DNA from: a virus | Taxonomy: Duplodnaviria > Heunggongvirae > Uroviricota > Caudoviricetes | IMG/VR virus record: IMGVR_UViG_2737471830_000002 | DNA: 33,074 nt | Reading direction: 5' to 3' (one strand) | Position numbers and translations under genes: made by a program | The notes under the pieces: model-generated | What the model was told of the DNA's origin: nothing | Seen by the model: the letters and a program-made list of their open reading frames with translations, nothing else | Databases searched by the model: none | Shown: piece after piece, positions 10,887 to 21,365 of the stretch | Position numbering within the stretch: the first letter of the stretch is position 1 | How the letters are laid out: each line of letters begins with the position of its first letter

Positions 10887-11797
10887 TATCGAATTCCTTT
10901 ATTCAGTTGCGCCTTGAGCTTACGGTATGTCTCTACATCCCCTTTGTTTGCTGCCGCTTCCATCTGCTTTTCAATCGCAGATATATTTGCAGCAACAGCG
11001 TGTCCCTGAATGGGTTCATCAGGTAGCGGGGCTTCTGAAACAGGTTTGGCTCGAGGCTTGAGAGTTAAACGTTCTGACAGTCGAGTGAGTTCAATCAACG
11101 CGGATTGCCCGTCCATCGCCAGCAACTGGCGTGTTTTCTCAGGATTAGCACCAAGGTGATACATGAGAGCGGCGGATTTCTCCGGGAAGAGGCGCATGAT
11201 GTCGGCACCGACTGCTGGCGGCACCAGTTGCATGAATGCATCCTCTTTCTCCTGATAGTCAGGGATATTGAGCTTTTCCGCTGCGTCGTAGTGCTTACGG
11301 GCTGCCTCGACGTATTGCGCTGATTGCTGGGTGAACTCCTGAGTTTTGCGACCCTGCTCGGCGACAGCCTGGCTTCGTGCGTCCATAGCCTTGATCTGCC
11401 ATTCACTGTTTGCCTGCTGGAAGGCAGCCAGTGCGCGGCTCTGGTCATAGTCGTACTTAGCCAGTGCATCTTCGGAAAGATAATCGTTAGGGTCTGGTTG
11501 TTTTGGTAACTCAGGGTTCACCCGCAGGTGCTCCGGCAATTCTCCACGCTTAACCGCTTCCATCTGCTGCTCAAGCTCACGCTGGCGTTTGCGTTCGATG
11601 CGGCGACGGGCAAATTCAGCATTAGTTGCCGGGTCTTGTTTTGGTTTCTCATCGTCTTTCAGGACAATCTCGAAGCCTTCTTCCTGACCTGCGTTGTCGT
11701 TGGCATTATCGACAACTAAGCCATCAGCAGATGCCGCTGCATGATTGCCGGGCAGGGTTAATTCTTCAGAAGCCTGAATGTCGGTGGTTTGGTCCAT
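10886..11797 (-). CDS. Scaffolding protein (P22 gp8-like)
   Basis: 303 aa, charged/helical, between portal and coat. Confidence 0.8.
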   Translation of the reverse strand: MDQTTDIQASEELTLPGNHAAASADGLVVDNANDNAGQEEGFEIVLKDDEKPKQDPATNAEFARRRIERKRQRELEQQMEAVKRGELPEHLRVNPELPKQPDPNDYLSEDALAKYDYDQSRALAAFQQANSEWQIKAMDARSQAVAEQGRKTQEFTQQSAQYVEAARKHYDAAEKLNIPDYQEKEDAFMQLVPPAVGADIMRLFPEKSAALMYHLGANPEKTRQLLAMDGQSALIELTRLSERLTLKPRAKPVSEAPLPDEPIQGHAVAANISAIEKQMEAAANKGDVETYRKLKAQLNKGIR

Positions 11798-11810
11798 GAT
11801 TAACTCTCTC

Positions 11811-13976
11811 TTATTGAGGTGTCTCGGCTACTCCGCCGGAGGGGATTTGAACTTGACGCATAAGATTCGCGAAATCCATGCGTTGTGAATGAGTCTGGTC
11901 TGCATCTTTAAGAAGCAGCTCAGCGTTAGCGCGAGCGTCTTTGCTGCGCTGTTGCTGGAATTGACCTACGAGCTTGAGGTACTCACGCAGTTCTGCCTGC
12001 TTGTCGAGGTCCATATTGTTGAAGATTTCTGCAATCTTCGCGGCGTTGAGTTGGTTTTGGGCTTCAACCTTGGCAGCTTCAACCTGAATCTGCGCCTGTT
12101 GGTTCTCTGCCTTGAGCAATTCAGCCTGACCTTGCAGAAGGATGCCCTGCGCCTGAATTTGCTCTGCTGATGGCTGCTGCGGCTGTTGTTGTGCCTGCTG
12201 CACCATCTCCATCTCTTCAGGTGTTTCTGGTTTCTTCAGCCCCATCATCACCAGTTGCTTGTTCGCGTACTCTCGCATCATCTCGACGCCTTTACCGTCA
12301 AGCAGCGTGAAGTATTGCAGCATCAGCATCTGGAACTCTGGAGTACCTTGCGGAACCTTGGTGAGTAACTCCTGAATCTCTGCGCGGTTCTGTTCCTTCA
12401 TACTCTGGAAGGATGGTCCAACGTCTGTATAGCACTCATAGCGACCGCGAATGTCGTTGAGTGTGACCACATTACCGGACTGGTAATCTACAACTTGCGC
12501 GTAGAGTTGAACGTCTTTCTCGCTACCATCTTCAAGTGTCAGCGTTACATGACGAGGAACATCATAAATATCGTTGACCATTGAGGCATAAATCTCGCCA
12601 TCACGTCGCATTGCGGTAGCCAGGTTATCCTGAAACACGTATGTCTCAAGGTCTGCCCGCATGTTCAGTTGATTGACGGTATCGAAAGCGACCTGACCAT
12701 TTGCCGCCTGCGCATCCACGCCAAGACTAGCCACCTCTTTCACTGCGTTGGTGGCAGCCTCAAGCATGTAAGCGTTGGCTTGCGGCACTTCAGGGTTTTC
12801 CATGTAGGAGATTGGACCAATCGGCAGGTCGTTACCGTTTTCATCGGTCTTGTTCTGCAGATAGTACGGATAGTCATCATTTCCACCGTACATGTATTCG
12901 TAGCCTTCGATTTGCTCAGGGAAGAAGGTCGGTTTCTTCTTCGGTGAACGAGCAACGATATCGGCGTTGAACGACATGATCATGTTACGAAGGCGTTGAC
13001 CGTCTTTCGTCAGCCTTACCACTCCCTCGTAGCACTCCTTGTCACCAGCGAATGACCATTCTCCATACACTGGAACGATTGGGATATGCTCTCCAGCTAT
13101 CTTCTCGCGGTCTTTCAGTATCTGCGTGCAGGTGATGATCGACTTATACACACGCCGACGCTTGACCTTACGCTCTGCTACCTTAATGAATCCACGATTA
13201 GCCAGGTCGTCGATGACGTCTTTGATATCCTGCTGGTAATAGCTGACCGGCTCACCTGTCAGCGGGTCGCGGTAGATGAAGACTTTCTCTTTCTTCTCTT
13301 CGACCTCGTAATACTCAGCGACGTAGACGACATCATTCGATACCCACGGAAACAGCCATGTATCGTTCGGATTCTGGAAAGATGGCAAGGTGTCCGGATC
13401 AATACCGTAATCCTCTGCGAACTCTTTCCAGCCATTGCGCGACAAGGCGTTAATCACCGTGCAGTGCTTAGCGTCGCTCTTATCCATCTGCTTGCTGTTG
13501 GCGTCCCATATGACGTGTGAGCAGGCTTCATGAATTGGCAGGCGTCGAATTACCTGATTGTTGCTTGTTGGATCGTTGTCTTCGTACTGCGTGACCAGAC
13601 GCCATGCACCAACGCCGGACTCTATCTGCTCACGAACGCCAACGTTAACGGCAATTTTTGCCGTGTTATGGCGCATATCAGTACGATACATCCCCATCAA
13701 CACATCGGCTGCATCAGGATTAGCACCGTCTTTTGGTCGGAAGAGAACGTCGATAGGGTTCCGGCGCATCTCTGCGACCAACTTCCTGACCACCGGGCGA
13801 ACAACATCGAATTGTCCGCGATATTGCAGGGTGGTGTAGTTTGATAGCCAGTCATCCCATTGCGACACTCGGCTAAAATACAGGTCATTTGTCGCCTCGG
13901 TTCTGGCTTCATCGCTCGCCATCCAGTCCGCGTCAAACTTACACAGAATGGAATTGAGTCTGTTTTCGTCGGCCAT
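11811..13976 (-). CDS. Portal protein (P22 gp1-like)
   Basis: 721 aa, between terminase and scaffold; C-terminal Q-rich coiled-coil barrel region typical of P22 portal. Confidence 0.85.
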   Translation of the reverse strand: MADENRLNSILCKFDADWMASDEARTEATNDLYFSRVSQWDDWLSNYTTLQYRGQFDVVRPVVRKLVAEMRRNPIDVLFRPKDGANPDAADVLMGMYRTDMRHNTAKIAVNVGVREQIESGVGAWRLVTQYEDNDPTSNNQVIRRLPIHEACSHVIWDANSKQMDKSDAKHCTVINALSRNGWKEFAEDYGIDPDTLPSFQNPNDTWLFPWVSNDVVYVAEYYEVEEKKEKVFIYRDPLTGEPVSYYQQDIKDVIDDLANRGFIKVAERKVKRRRVYKSIITCTQILKDREKIAGEHIPIVPVYGEWSFAGDKECYEGVVRLTKDGQRLRNMIMSFNADIVARSPKKKPTFFPEQIEGYEYMYGGNDDYPYYLQNKTDENGNDLPIGPISYMENPEVPQANAYMLEAATNAVKEVASLGVDAQAANGQVAFDTVNQLNMRADLETYVFQDNLATAMRRDGEIYASMVNDIYDVPRHVTLTLEDGSEKDVQLYAQVVDYQSGNVVTLNDIRGRYECYTDVGPSFQSMKEQNRAEIQELLTKVPQGTPEFQMLMLQYFTLLDGKGVEMMREYANKQLVMMGLKKPETPEEMEMVQQAQQQPQQPSAEQIQAQGILLQGQAELLKAENQQAQIQVEAAKVEAQNQLNAAKIAEIFNNMDLDKQAELREYLKLVGQFQQQRSKDARANAELLLKDADQTHSQRMDFANLMRQVQIPSGGVAETPQ

Positions 13977-15475
13977 TTAAGTTCTCCGTGCGATGGGCCT
14001 GATTGGGGCTGGTATCTTTTTCTCTTTTGGTTTTTTGATGTCCCGCATCATTTTGGCGAAGCGGCGCATCATGTATGCATAGCGAACGGCTGAGAGAACG
14101 TCGTCGTTAAGCTTGACGATTTTCCCGTTTTCATCACGGTGATAGAGGCGGAACTCCTCAAAGAATGGCTCACATGTGTTGAATACTTTGAAGCGACCAT
14201 CAAGCATCATGTCGCGCAATTCAGTGATGCCTGGCTCAACAGCGTTACCGCCATCAGGCCATGTCGCATGCTCCTGCAGCATCATAAAACCAGCATCTGC
14301 ATACTGCCCTTTGAGCTGCTCACCGCCGCCCTTCTCGTGCTGGTTTCCGTCATGAGGCCATGCTGTTGGCACTTTATGCGCCCATGATTTAACAGCTCCC
14401 CATGCCTGAACGGCTGTTTTTTCTTTCGCCTTCCACACGCGTGAAACGTAGATTGTGTCTGCGTCCTTATCCCACCAAAGCTGAACCTGCGCCTGCGGGT
14501 GATCCCATCCGAAATCCATCCCGCCAATTACGTAGAAGTGATCAGGACACTCGAACGGCTGACACTTAATCGTCTCTTCCGGTATCTGGAAGATTCGACC
14601 ACTACCCATCGTAGGAATACCGCGAGCACGCGCCTCTCTCTCATGCTCAGGATAGGATGCGATGATTTGCTCTTTCTGCTCGTCGGTGTAGTGTTCAGCG
14701 TCATAGATGGTCATGTTGACCACTTTCTGAGACTTGCTGGGATTCTTCAGGAACTTGGTAACAACGTCAGACATCCCCATCAGCGGGGTAAACGTCAGAA
14801 TTGAGAATTGACCGTATTTGTTGGTACGGGTAAGGCCTTCGCCATAAATGCTGTATGGTGGTTCTTCGTCAAACCACACGCCGTGGATTGTGTCACCCTG
14901 CCAGCGAGCACGGCCTTGCGAGTATGGTTTGAAGTAGCAGATTGAAATACCATCTTCAACGCCATCAGCCGTGTGATGCTTAACCAGAAGGTGATCAACA
15001 AGGTTCGGAAAGAAAGGAGACTTCTTCCAGCTAATGATGTCTTCTTTCGGTATGGAACCGTAGCCTGGCTCATCATTCTCTTCGATACGACCACACAGGA
15101 TGCGTTGAGTCGTTTTGGTTACAGTCTCGTTTGTCTCGCCACCAATCCAGAAGACAACAGGCTCATAGAAACGCTTACCTTTCCACTCTCCGCCATATTT
15201 ACCATCAGCAGGATATCCTTTTGTTCCCGGATAAGCCCGGTAAGGTGAAACGCGACTTCGGCAGCACCAGTAAATGACTTACCAAGCTGGTTACCAGCCA
15301 TAAAACAGCGCTCTGGATAGTCATGCCCGGCGTCGATGAACTCACGCTGTTTGCTGTATGGCGTAAATTCATATAGCAGGTGTGTGTTCCGGTAGTTATC
15401 TTCTTCTTCGAGTAGCTCGAGCAATTCGATTTGCTCTTCGTCGCTCAGGTTATCAAGAATCGCGTCCAGTTCCAC
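13977..15475 (-). pseudogene. Terminase large subunit (P22 gp2-like) interrupted by a 1-nt frameshift near 15226..15245
   Basis: N-terminal ORF (15119..15475) carries Walker A AGNQLGKS then turns to nonsense and stops; the adjacent frame reads RAYPGTKGYPADGKYGGEWKGKRFYEPVVFWIGGETNETV... continuous with the 13977..14879 C-terminal ORF. Span is 1499 nt, one short of 500 codons. Confidence 0.8.
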
Positions 15476-15947
15476 GGTTGAATAGCTCCTTGATACGAGA
15501 GCGCCGCTTATCGCGATCTCCCTTATCAGGTGTCACGTCTTCAACTTGCGACTGCTCTTTGAGGCCCAAATCACGGGCGATGATGTTAGCGTTGAGAAGG
15601 TCAGCGGCTGCGCCAGAAAATTTCTGGTCGTAGATGATGTCTTCCGCTCGTGATGTGACGTCAGAAAAACCTTCCATTGACCGGAAGGTTCCCCATGTTT
15701 GCCTGGTGATATCAAGGAAGGTACACAATCCTGAAATAGTCATGGCTCGCATCTTAGGGACATTAGCCTTAATTATTTCTCCCTGATATGAAAATACCTT
15801 ACCCTCCCATAGCGGGTTATCATCAGCCCACTCGAAGTATTCACAACAAGCAGCCCACAGCGCCTCAGGCGATTCGAATTTAGGATTTCGCCCATGACTA
15901 CTGCGGGCCTCCCAAAATCGGTTGCCCTTTGGTGCTGCCATATTCAT
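15453..15947 (-). CDS. Terminase small subunit (P22 gp3-like)
   Basis: [38 protein letters not shown] matches P22 gp3; overlaps the large-subunit start. Confidence 0.8.
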   Translation of the reverse strand: MNMAAPKGNRFWEARSSHGRNPKFESPEALWAACCEYFEWADDNPLWEGKVFSYQGEIIKANVPKMRAMTISGLCTFLDITRQTWGTFRSMEGFSDVTSRAEDIIYDQKFSGAAADLLNANIIARDLGLKEQSQVEDVTPDKGDRDKRRSRIKELFNRGTGRDS

Positions 15948-15948
15948 C

Positions 15949-16140
15949 TCACTTAATTGTCATTTCTGGTCGTTGGCTCTTCATGCTTTCAATCAATGAC
16001 TGCTTCAGCAATTCGAGTGTGCCAATCGCCTCACATACACTGATTTCACCATAATCATGGATGACGCTTTCCAGCCGCTCGTATAGCTCTTGAGTAATTG
16101 GGAATTTCTTCTCCTTACCCAAATTGATTACGCGGCTCAC
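15949..16140 (-). CDS. Hypothetical small protein (63 aa)
   Basis: ORF tightly packed between upstream small ORF and terminase small subunit. Confidence 0.45.
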   Translation of the reverse strand: MSRVINLGKEKKFPITQELYERLESVIHDYGEISVCEAIGTLELLKQSLIESMKSQRPEMTIK

Positions 16141-16141
16141 A

Positions 16142-16384
16142 TCATGCTCCGGTAGTGAACAGGTCTAACGCTTCCTTCGATTTACGCACCGCTTCGATAG
16201 TGCGAGATGTGAAGTCTGGATTTGCACCGCCATCGTTGTAGTGCAACTTGAACAATTCCAGTTTCAGCTGGTCAGCCCCAATGAATGCAAACGCTTCCTC
16301 TGCCGCTGAATTGTTCTTAGATAGCAGTCGGTAAATTTCTAACTTGAATTTCTGTTCTTCAGTCATGGGAATAATCTCTGCCAT
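16142..16384 (-). CDS. Hypothetical small protein (80 aa)
   Basis: ORF with a 1-nt gap to the next gene; a GGGATA-N10-TATCCC hairpin plus T-run lies just upstream. Confidence 0.45.
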   Translation of the reverse strand: MAEIIPMTEEQKFKLEIYRLLSKNNSAAEEAFAFIGADQLKLELFKLHYNDGGANPDFTSRTIEAVRKSKEALDLFTTGA

Positions 16385-16641
16385 TGTTGGCTCCGTTTAT
16401 CCGTTAAAAGGGATATCAGTTAAGTTATCCCGTGTAGGGTATAAGCCATTGTCGAGACCACTCATTGAATGGCCTCTGCAATAACCGATGTCTTTCCATC
16501 AGTCCGCCACCACAAAGAATCTTTTTTTGCCATAAGGCTGGAGGTTCATCTTTCAGTGGCTGCCAGTGTTATTTCCCCACTTTCTGGCTTGGGTTGTGTC
16601 GCTGTACTGCCGTAATGCAAGAACTGGATTAACCAGCAGAA

Positions 16642-17172
16642 TCACACCATTCCGGGCAAATACATTTGCACTTCATTTGCCGCTCTCTGACGTGCAACAT
16701 GAAGCAATCTTTTTCGCCCACCAACGCCCCACTTAGCCATTTGGCTTGCGCACTGGCTTATCGCTTTGGTTTCAGTATTGATGATGTGATCGATTCTATT
16801 CAGACGGGACATTGCGCCAACGCCGAGACGGACAACCGTTTTGAAAACTTCATAAACTTCGATTTCAAATTCCGGCTTAATCCATGCTGCATATCTGATT
16901 GCCAGAAGTTCAACACCCCACACACCTGGTTCTGCACCACCTTTGATTATTTTAAGTGGTTGAATTTGTTCCAAAGTGCTTTTTTGCACTTTGGCCTCCA
17001 GTGCTTTTATGAAGCGTTTTATCTGCGCGCTACGCAAAAACTGGCTTGGGCGCTGTTGCTCTGTAGCCTCTCCATTTGCAACTGCTGCTGCATGGAGATC
17101 GTTTAAGTTGTAGCGTCCATCCTCATCAACACGAACGGACACACCATTGACAATAACTGTTGGGTACTTCAT
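16642..17172 (-). CDS. KilA-N domain protein
   Basis: N-terminus VIVNGVSVRVDEDGRYNLNDLHAAA is typical of KilA-N/APSES-type domains; 176 aa. Confidence 0.6.
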   Translation of the reverse strand: MKYPTVIVNGVSVRVDEDGRYNLNDLHAAAVANGEATEQQRPSQFLRSAQIKRFIKALEAKVQKSTLEQIQPLKIIKGGAEPGVWGVELLAIRYAAWIKPEFEIEVYEVFKTVVRLGVGAMSRLNRIDHIINTETKAISQCASQMAKWGVGGRKRLLHVARQRAANEVQMYLPGMV

Positions 17173-17319
17173 CAGTGATTACCTTTTAGTGATGAACCTT
17201 GTCACACAGGATTCCGGCCCACAGAAAGGCACCGATCACCAAACCGGCATCCTCAAGGGTCATCCTGAAAGGTTCTGTGTTCAGAAGTCGCGCGTGTGAA
17301 GCGCGTTTACTGCGGACAT

Positions 17320-17342
17320 AAAAAAGCCCCGCATCGCGAGGC
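17320..17342 (-). terminator. Intrinsic terminator downstream of the lysis cassette
   Basis: Minus-strand RNA GCCUCGC-GAU-GCGGGGC (one G-U pair) followed by UUUUUU, directly after the Rz stop. Confidence 0.5.
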
Positions 17343-17374
17343 TCATTAAATGGACTTTGTGATTTGCAAAAAAA

Positions 17375-17812
17375 TTATTTCAGGCATTGCGTCCTGATGT
17401 ATTCCTGCAGATAGTTAACCTGCGCGGTTATCTTGTCGATTCCACTTCGGAGACGGTAATAATTGAGTTCAGCATCTGCTGTAAGTCCTGGGCTTTCTCC
17501 ATCGCCCATGCTGCTGGCTCCGGTCGTTGACTTTGCACAGGTGGCGGCGACTTGCAGGCGCTTACGACCAGCAGAAACATCAGCACGGAGACTTTCGATA
17601 GTCGCGTTAGCATCAGCAAGCTCCTTTGTGTATCTGGCGTCAAGTTCTGCTACATCACGTTGACGCTTCTGCATGTCAGCGATTGTGGATGTGGCTTTAT
17701 CGCGCTGCTCTTTGTAGGCGATGGCGTTATCACGGTAATGATTAACAGCCCATGACAGGCAGACGATGATGCAGATAACCAGAGCGGAGATAATCGCAGT
17801 TACTCTGCTCAT
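17375..17812 (-). CDS. Rz: Rz i-spanin
   Basis: 145 aa with N-terminal TM segment and coiled coil; follows R; contains an embedded +1-frame lipoprotein ORF. Confidence 0.8.
   Translation of the reverse strand: MSRVTAIISALVICIIVCLSWAVNHYRDNAIAYKEQRDKATSTIADMQKRQRDVAELDARYTKELADANATIESLRADVSAGRKRLQVAATCAKSTTGASSMGDGESPGLTADAELNYYRLRSGIDKITAQVNYLQEYIRTQCLK
17428..17613 (-). CDS. Rz1: Rz1 o-spanin lipoprotein, embedded in Rz
   Basis: Signal peptide with lipobox VVSAC followed by a proline-rich segment ([12 protein letters not shown]); entirely within Rz in another frame. Confidence 0.65.
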   Translation of the reverse strand: MLTRLSKVSVLMFLLVVSACKSPPPVQSQRPEPAAWAMEKAQDLQQMLNSIITVSEVESTR

Positions 17813-18285
17813 ACCTCAATCTCTCTGACCGTTCCGCCAGCTTCTTTGAATTTTGCAATCAGGCTGTCAGCCTTATGCTCGAACTGACCATAACCAGCCC
17901 CCGGCAGTGAAGCCCAGATATTGCTGCAACGGTCGATTGCCTGACGAATATCACCGCGGTCAATCATCGGTAAAGCGCCACGCTCTTTAATCTGTTGCAA
18001 TGCCACAGCGTCCTGGCTTTTCGGAGAGAAGTCTTTCAGGCCAAGCTGCTTACGATAGGCATCCCACCAACGGGAAAGAAGCTGGTAACGTCCGGCTGCT
18101 GTTGATTTGAGTTTTGGGTTTAGCGTGACAAGTTTGCGAGGGTGATCGGAGTAATCGGTAAATAGCTCTCCGCCTACAATGACGTCATAACCATGATTTC
18201 TGGTTTTCTGACGTCCGTTATCAGTTCCCTCCGACCACGCCAGCATATCGAGGAACGCCTTACGTTGATTATTGATTTCCACCAT
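17809..18285 (-). CDS. R: Endolysin, lambda R-type lytic transglycosylase
   Basis: 158 aa, [39 protein letters not shown]..., near-identical to lambda R. Confidence 0.95.
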   Translation of the reverse strand: MVEINNQRKAFLDMLAWSEGTDNGRQKTRNHGYDVIVGGELFTDYSDHPRKLVTLNPKLKSTAAGRYQLLSRWWDAYRKQLGLKDFSPKSQDAVALQQIKERGALPMIDRGDIRQAIDRCSNIWASLPGAGYGQFEHKADSLIAKFKEAGGTVREIEV

Positions 18286-18592
18286 CTTCTACTCCGGCTT
18301 TTTTAGCAGCGAAGCGTTTGATAAGCGAACCAATCGAGTCAGTACCGATGTAGCCGATGAACACGCTCGTTATATAAGCGAGATTGCTACTTAGTCCGGC
18401 GAAGTCGAGAAGGTCACGAATGAACCAGGCGATAATGGCGCACATCGTTGCGTCGATTACTGTTTTTGTAAACGCACCGCCATTATATCTGCCGCGAAGG
18501 TACGCCATTGCAAACGCAAGGATTGCCCCGATGCCTTGTTCCTTTGCCGCGAGAATGGCGGCTAACAGGTCATGTTTTTCTGGCATCTTCAT
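18269..18592 (-). CDS. S: Holin/antiholin, lambda S-type
   Basis: 107 aa, [39 protein letters not shown]..., with MKM dual-start motif; near-identical to lambda S. Confidence 0.95.
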   Translation of the reverse strand: MKMPEKHDLLAAILAAKEQGIGAILAFAMAYLRGRYNGGAFTKTVIDATMCAIIAWFIRDLLDFAGLSSNLAYITSVFIGYIGTDSIGSLIKRFAAKKAGVEDGGNQ

Positions 18593-18883
18593 GTCTTACC
18601 CCCAATAAGGGGATTTGCTCTATTTAATTAGGAATAAGGTCGATTACTGATAGAACAAATCCAGGCTACTGTGTTTAGTAATCAGATTTGTTCGTGACCG
18701 ATATGCACGGGCAAAACGGCAGGAGGTTGTTAGCGCAGCCTCTTGCCACCCGCTTTCACGAAGCCAGCCATTACGCTGGTTTTCTTTTATGCAAAGCACA
18801 CCGCACCGTAGCCACAGCGGATAAGGTGATTATTTTTGTCTGTCTGGTATTTGGTTTGATGTGCTTTCAGAAAGGTCGTGATT

Positions 18884-18918
18884 AAAACGCAAAAAGCCCC
18901 GAGCTATTAACTCAGGGC
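18884..18918 (-). terminator. tR'-like intrinsic terminator shortly downstream of pR'
   Basis: Minus-strand hairpin GCCCUGAG-uuaauag-CUCGGGGC followed by UUUUUGCGUUUU, about 30 to 60 nt downstream of the predicted pR' start. Confidence 0.55.
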
Positions 18919-18947
18919 TTTATTTAACGAGTGCATTTATCCATCGT

Positions 18948-18984
18948 TGTGTCAAATTTACCCAACTTTATTCAAAAAGTCAAT
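18948..18984 (-). promoter_or_regulatory. Late promoter pR' with Q-utilization region
   Basis: Minus-strand TTGACT (18984..18979), 18-bp spacer, TAAATT (18960..18955); the stretch TTGACTTTTTGAATAAAGTTGGGTAAATTTGAC closely matches lambda pR'. Confidence 0.6.
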
Positions 18985-19025
18985 ATCATGCCGTAAAGAT
19001 GTTGCCATCCGTGGCAATCATGCCG

Positions 19026-19649
19026 CTAACGTGTGACCGCATTCAAAATATTGTCTGCGATTGACTCTTCCTTGTGGCATTGCACCACCAGAGCGTCATA
19101 CAGCGGCTTAACAGTGCGTGACCAGGTGGGTTGAGTAAGGTTTGGGATTAGCATCGTTACAGCGCGATATGCGGCGCTTGCTGGCATTCTTGAATAGCCG
19201 ACACCTTTGCATCTTCCGCATTCTTTCTCAACAACTCTCCCCCACTGCTCTGTTTTTGCTATATCAACCGCACGACCTGTACCGTGGCAATCTCTGCATC
19301 TTGCGCCCGGCGTCGCGGCACTACGGCAATAATCCGCATAAGCGAATGTTGCGAGTACTTGCAGTACCTTTGCCTTAGTATTTCCTTCGAGCTTTGCCAC
19401 ACCACGGTATTTCCCCGATACCTTGTGTGCAAATTGCATCAGATAGTTGATAGCCTTTTGTTTGTCGTTCTGGCTGAGTTCATGCTTACCGCAGAATGCA
19501 GCCATTCCGAATCCGGCTTGTGATTGCGCCATCCCCATAGCAGCCATCACATCAGTACCGGAAAGAGAGTCAGAAGCCGTAGCCCGTGGTGAGTCGCTCA
19601 TCATCGGGCTTTTTGGCGAATGAAATTTAGCTACGCTTTCGAGTCTCAT
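19026..19649 (-). CDS. Q: Late gene antiterminator Q (lambda-type)
   Basis: 207 aa, MRLESVAKFHSPKSPMMSDSPRATASDSLSG...CRDCHGTGRAVD...CGRCKGVGYS, near-identical to lambda Q. Confidence 0.9.
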   Translation of the reverse strand: MRLESVAKFHSPKSPMMSDSPRATASDSLSGTDVMAAMGMAQSQAGFGMAAFCGKHELSQNDKQKAINYLMQFAHKVSGKYRGVAKLEGNTKAKVLQVLATFAYADYCRSAATPGARCRDCHGTGRAVDIAKTEQWGRVVEKECGRCKGVGYSRMPASAAYRAVTMLIPNLTQPTWSRTVKPLYDALVVQCHKEESIADNILNAVTR

Positions 19650-19834
19650 GGCCTTCCCCTTTTGCCCTGTTTGACCATCAGGACGCCGTTAACTATTACG
19701 TGACGCTCGCCTTTGCTGTCTCGGTTGTACTTGAGCACTGTTCCTCTTGCGCAGGAAAGCATCCTCGCCACTTCGGTCTGATTGCCTCGTGTCTGGATAA
19801 GAAGCTCTGGTATCGTTTGAATTGTGGCGTTCAT
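19646..19834 (-). CDS. ninH: NinH-like protein
   Basis: 62 aa; YGNQTEVARMLSCARGTVLKY...VNGVLMV resembles lambda NinH. Confidence 0.65.
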   Translation of the reverse strand: MNATIQTIPELLIQTRGNQTEVARMLSCARGTVLKYNRDSKGERHVIVNGVLMVKQGKRGRP

Positions 19835-20193
19835 ACGTTCTCCAGTTCGGTGATTTTTATTCCAAGCCTTCCGCCTGGTACTTTCACACCACGAATTACG
19901 CGAATGTCATCGAATTGCTCGTCGTCTTCCGCAAATCCGGCGTGGATAAGGGAGTCGAGTAAACCTTTCAGGATGTTATCGAGGTCGCGGCGGCGGGAGT
20001 CTGGAACGTCTGCGATGACTTTGATGCGGAGTCGTGATTTGGTGAAAATGTCTAACTTAAGTTGGCGGATGATTTGCTGAACGTCTTTTCGGTATTTCTG
20101 GCCTTTATCGCTGATGTAGTATTGGCTTCCCCGTCTTCGCCAGTAGGTATTCACCGATGGCGGGTATGGAAGCACAAACTGATATTCGTTCAT
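19831..20193 (-). CDS. rusA: RusA-family Holliday junction resolvase
   Basis: 120 aa; LPYPPSVN...DSRRRDLDNILKGLLDSL...GGRLGIKITE matches the RusA catalytic core. Confidence 0.8.
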   Translation of the reverse strand: MNEYQFVLPYPPSVNTYWRRRGSQYYISDKGQKYRKDVQQIIRQLKLDIFTKSRLRIKVIADVPDSRRRDLDNILKGLLDSLIHAGFAEDDEQFDDIRVIRGVKVPGGRLGIKITELENV

Positions 20194-20480
20194 GACTTAA
20201 TCTTCCCCTCCTTCAGCAGTATCGCCTGCGTCCTGATCACGCCTTCGAGGTGGTAAAGTCTGGCGTCTTTGTTGTCGAGGTTATGGGTGCGTCGGTCGAT
20301 TTCATCGTGACACGCGCTACAAGCCCATGCGCCGATCAGGTCGTCAGGCTTCATTCCCGTTCCGCAAATTCCAGCCATCCGGTAATGTGCCAGAACTGTA
20401 GTTTCAGGATTGCCATTGCATACGCCGTAAATACGTACCTGGCATTCTCTGCCGCGTGCTTCTTTGCGTAGGTTAGCCAT
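20190..20480 (-). CDS. YbcO-like (DUF1364) protein
   Basis: 96 aa, Cys-rich; lies immediately upstream of rusA as ybcO does in the DLP12 prophage. Confidence 0.55.
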   Translation of the reverse strand: MANLRKEARGRECQVRIYGVCNGNPETTVLAHYRMAGICGTGMKPDDLIGAWACSACHDEIDRRTHNLDNKDARLYHLEGVIRTQAILLKEGKIKS

Positions 20481-21202
20481 TAAGCAGCCTCCCCTGTTAC
20501 TTTCAGCATTCCGTTATCGAGAAGCTTTCTGGTCAGCCACTGTTGACCACGCCCGGTGATTTTTGTGGTGAACGATATCTGTATTCCGTGATTTGTGTTG
20601 ACCGCTGTTTCTTTCACTGTGAAATAGCCGCGATCCATATATTCCTGCATTGGCACATTGCGCCGGGAACCTGAAGCAATAAGGATTTTGTGATCGCGCA
20701 TCCATGCAAACAGTTTGTTTGGACCAATACCAACAACCTTTGCATAGTTTCCAATCAAAATTCCGCTGGCCTCGCCAACGCGATCGGCAAACTCAACTTT
20801 AGGTGCGGCAATTGCGAGCTGGTTTTCCAGTTGCATTTTCTGCTCAGCAAGATCAGCAGCAAGGCGCAACGCTTCTGGTAGCGTTTTGGGGATATTAACC
20901 GCAGTTTCTTCAAGCTCTCGCCAACGGTCAACAAGACGAGCGGTGAATTCCGGCGACAACTGGGCAACAACGACAATACTGTCTCGCTTACCTTGTTCGC
21001 CTTCGAAGACGTAATGCTCGTACTGAACATTGAACCCTAAGTTATTGATTCTTTCGAAAACCTCAATTTGAGGAAGCCGGATAACACCATTTTTAGCCAG
21101 CGTTTCGATGGTACGCTTCACATTGTCATGACGCTTACCAACCAACTCAGCGATTTCAATGCTTGTCATTTTGATGGCATTGCCATTTATTAACTCATTC
21201 AT
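20480..21202 (-). CDS. Rha/Roi-like phage regulatory protein with antirepressor (KilA-C/ANT) C-terminal domain
   Basis: 240 aa; N-terminal HTH-like segment MTSIEIAELVGKRHDNVKRTIETLAK; located in the nin region where roi sits in HK022/HK97. Confidence 0.6.
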   Translation of the reverse strand: MNELINGNAIKMTSIEIAELVGKRHDNVKRTIETLAKNGVIRLPQIEVFERINNLGFNVQYEHYVFEGEQGKRDSIVVVAQLSPEFTARLVDRWRELEETAVNIPKTLPEALRLAADLAEQKMQLENQLAIAAPKVEFADRVGEASGILIGNYAKVVGIGPNKLFAWMRDHKILIASGSRRNVPMQEYMDRGYFTVKETAVNTNHGIQISFTTKITGRGQQWLTRKLLDNGMLKVTGEAA

Positions 21203-21365
21203 CGTCTTCTTCCTCGTACATTGAGCTATTCGGATCGCTCATCAGTTCTGCGCAGCAGTGCTCACACACGTGAACTTCCAGCACATGCAGCTTCTGACCG
21301 CAGTTAGCGCACGTTAAAGCCCGCTCGACGCTTTCTTGTTCGTAACTTCGATTTGGGTCAATCAC
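21195..21365 (-). CDS. ninF: NinF-like zinc-ribbon protein
   Basis: [35 protein letters not shown] with CxxC...CxxCC; likely GTG start at 21365 overlapping the ninE stop (ORF track extends to 21407). Confidence 0.6.

Noticed and set aside
14795-15094. 99-aa minus-strand ORF overlapping the terminase gene
   Set aside because: It is out of frame with the continuous terminase-like translation and has no protein-like composition; a frame artefact in the frameshift region.
13977-15475. Programmed ribosomal frameshift in the large terminase
   Set aside because: No slippery heptamer or downstream stimulatory structure at the shift site, and large terminases are not known to use frameshifting; a mutation or sequencing error is more parsimonious.
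19001-19016. Inverted repeat TTGCCA-N4-TGGCAA near the Q stop as a terminator or operator
   Set aside because: No U-tract on either strand; the same palindrome occurs at the end of lambda Q and is most simply part of the conserved Q/pR' upstream sequence.
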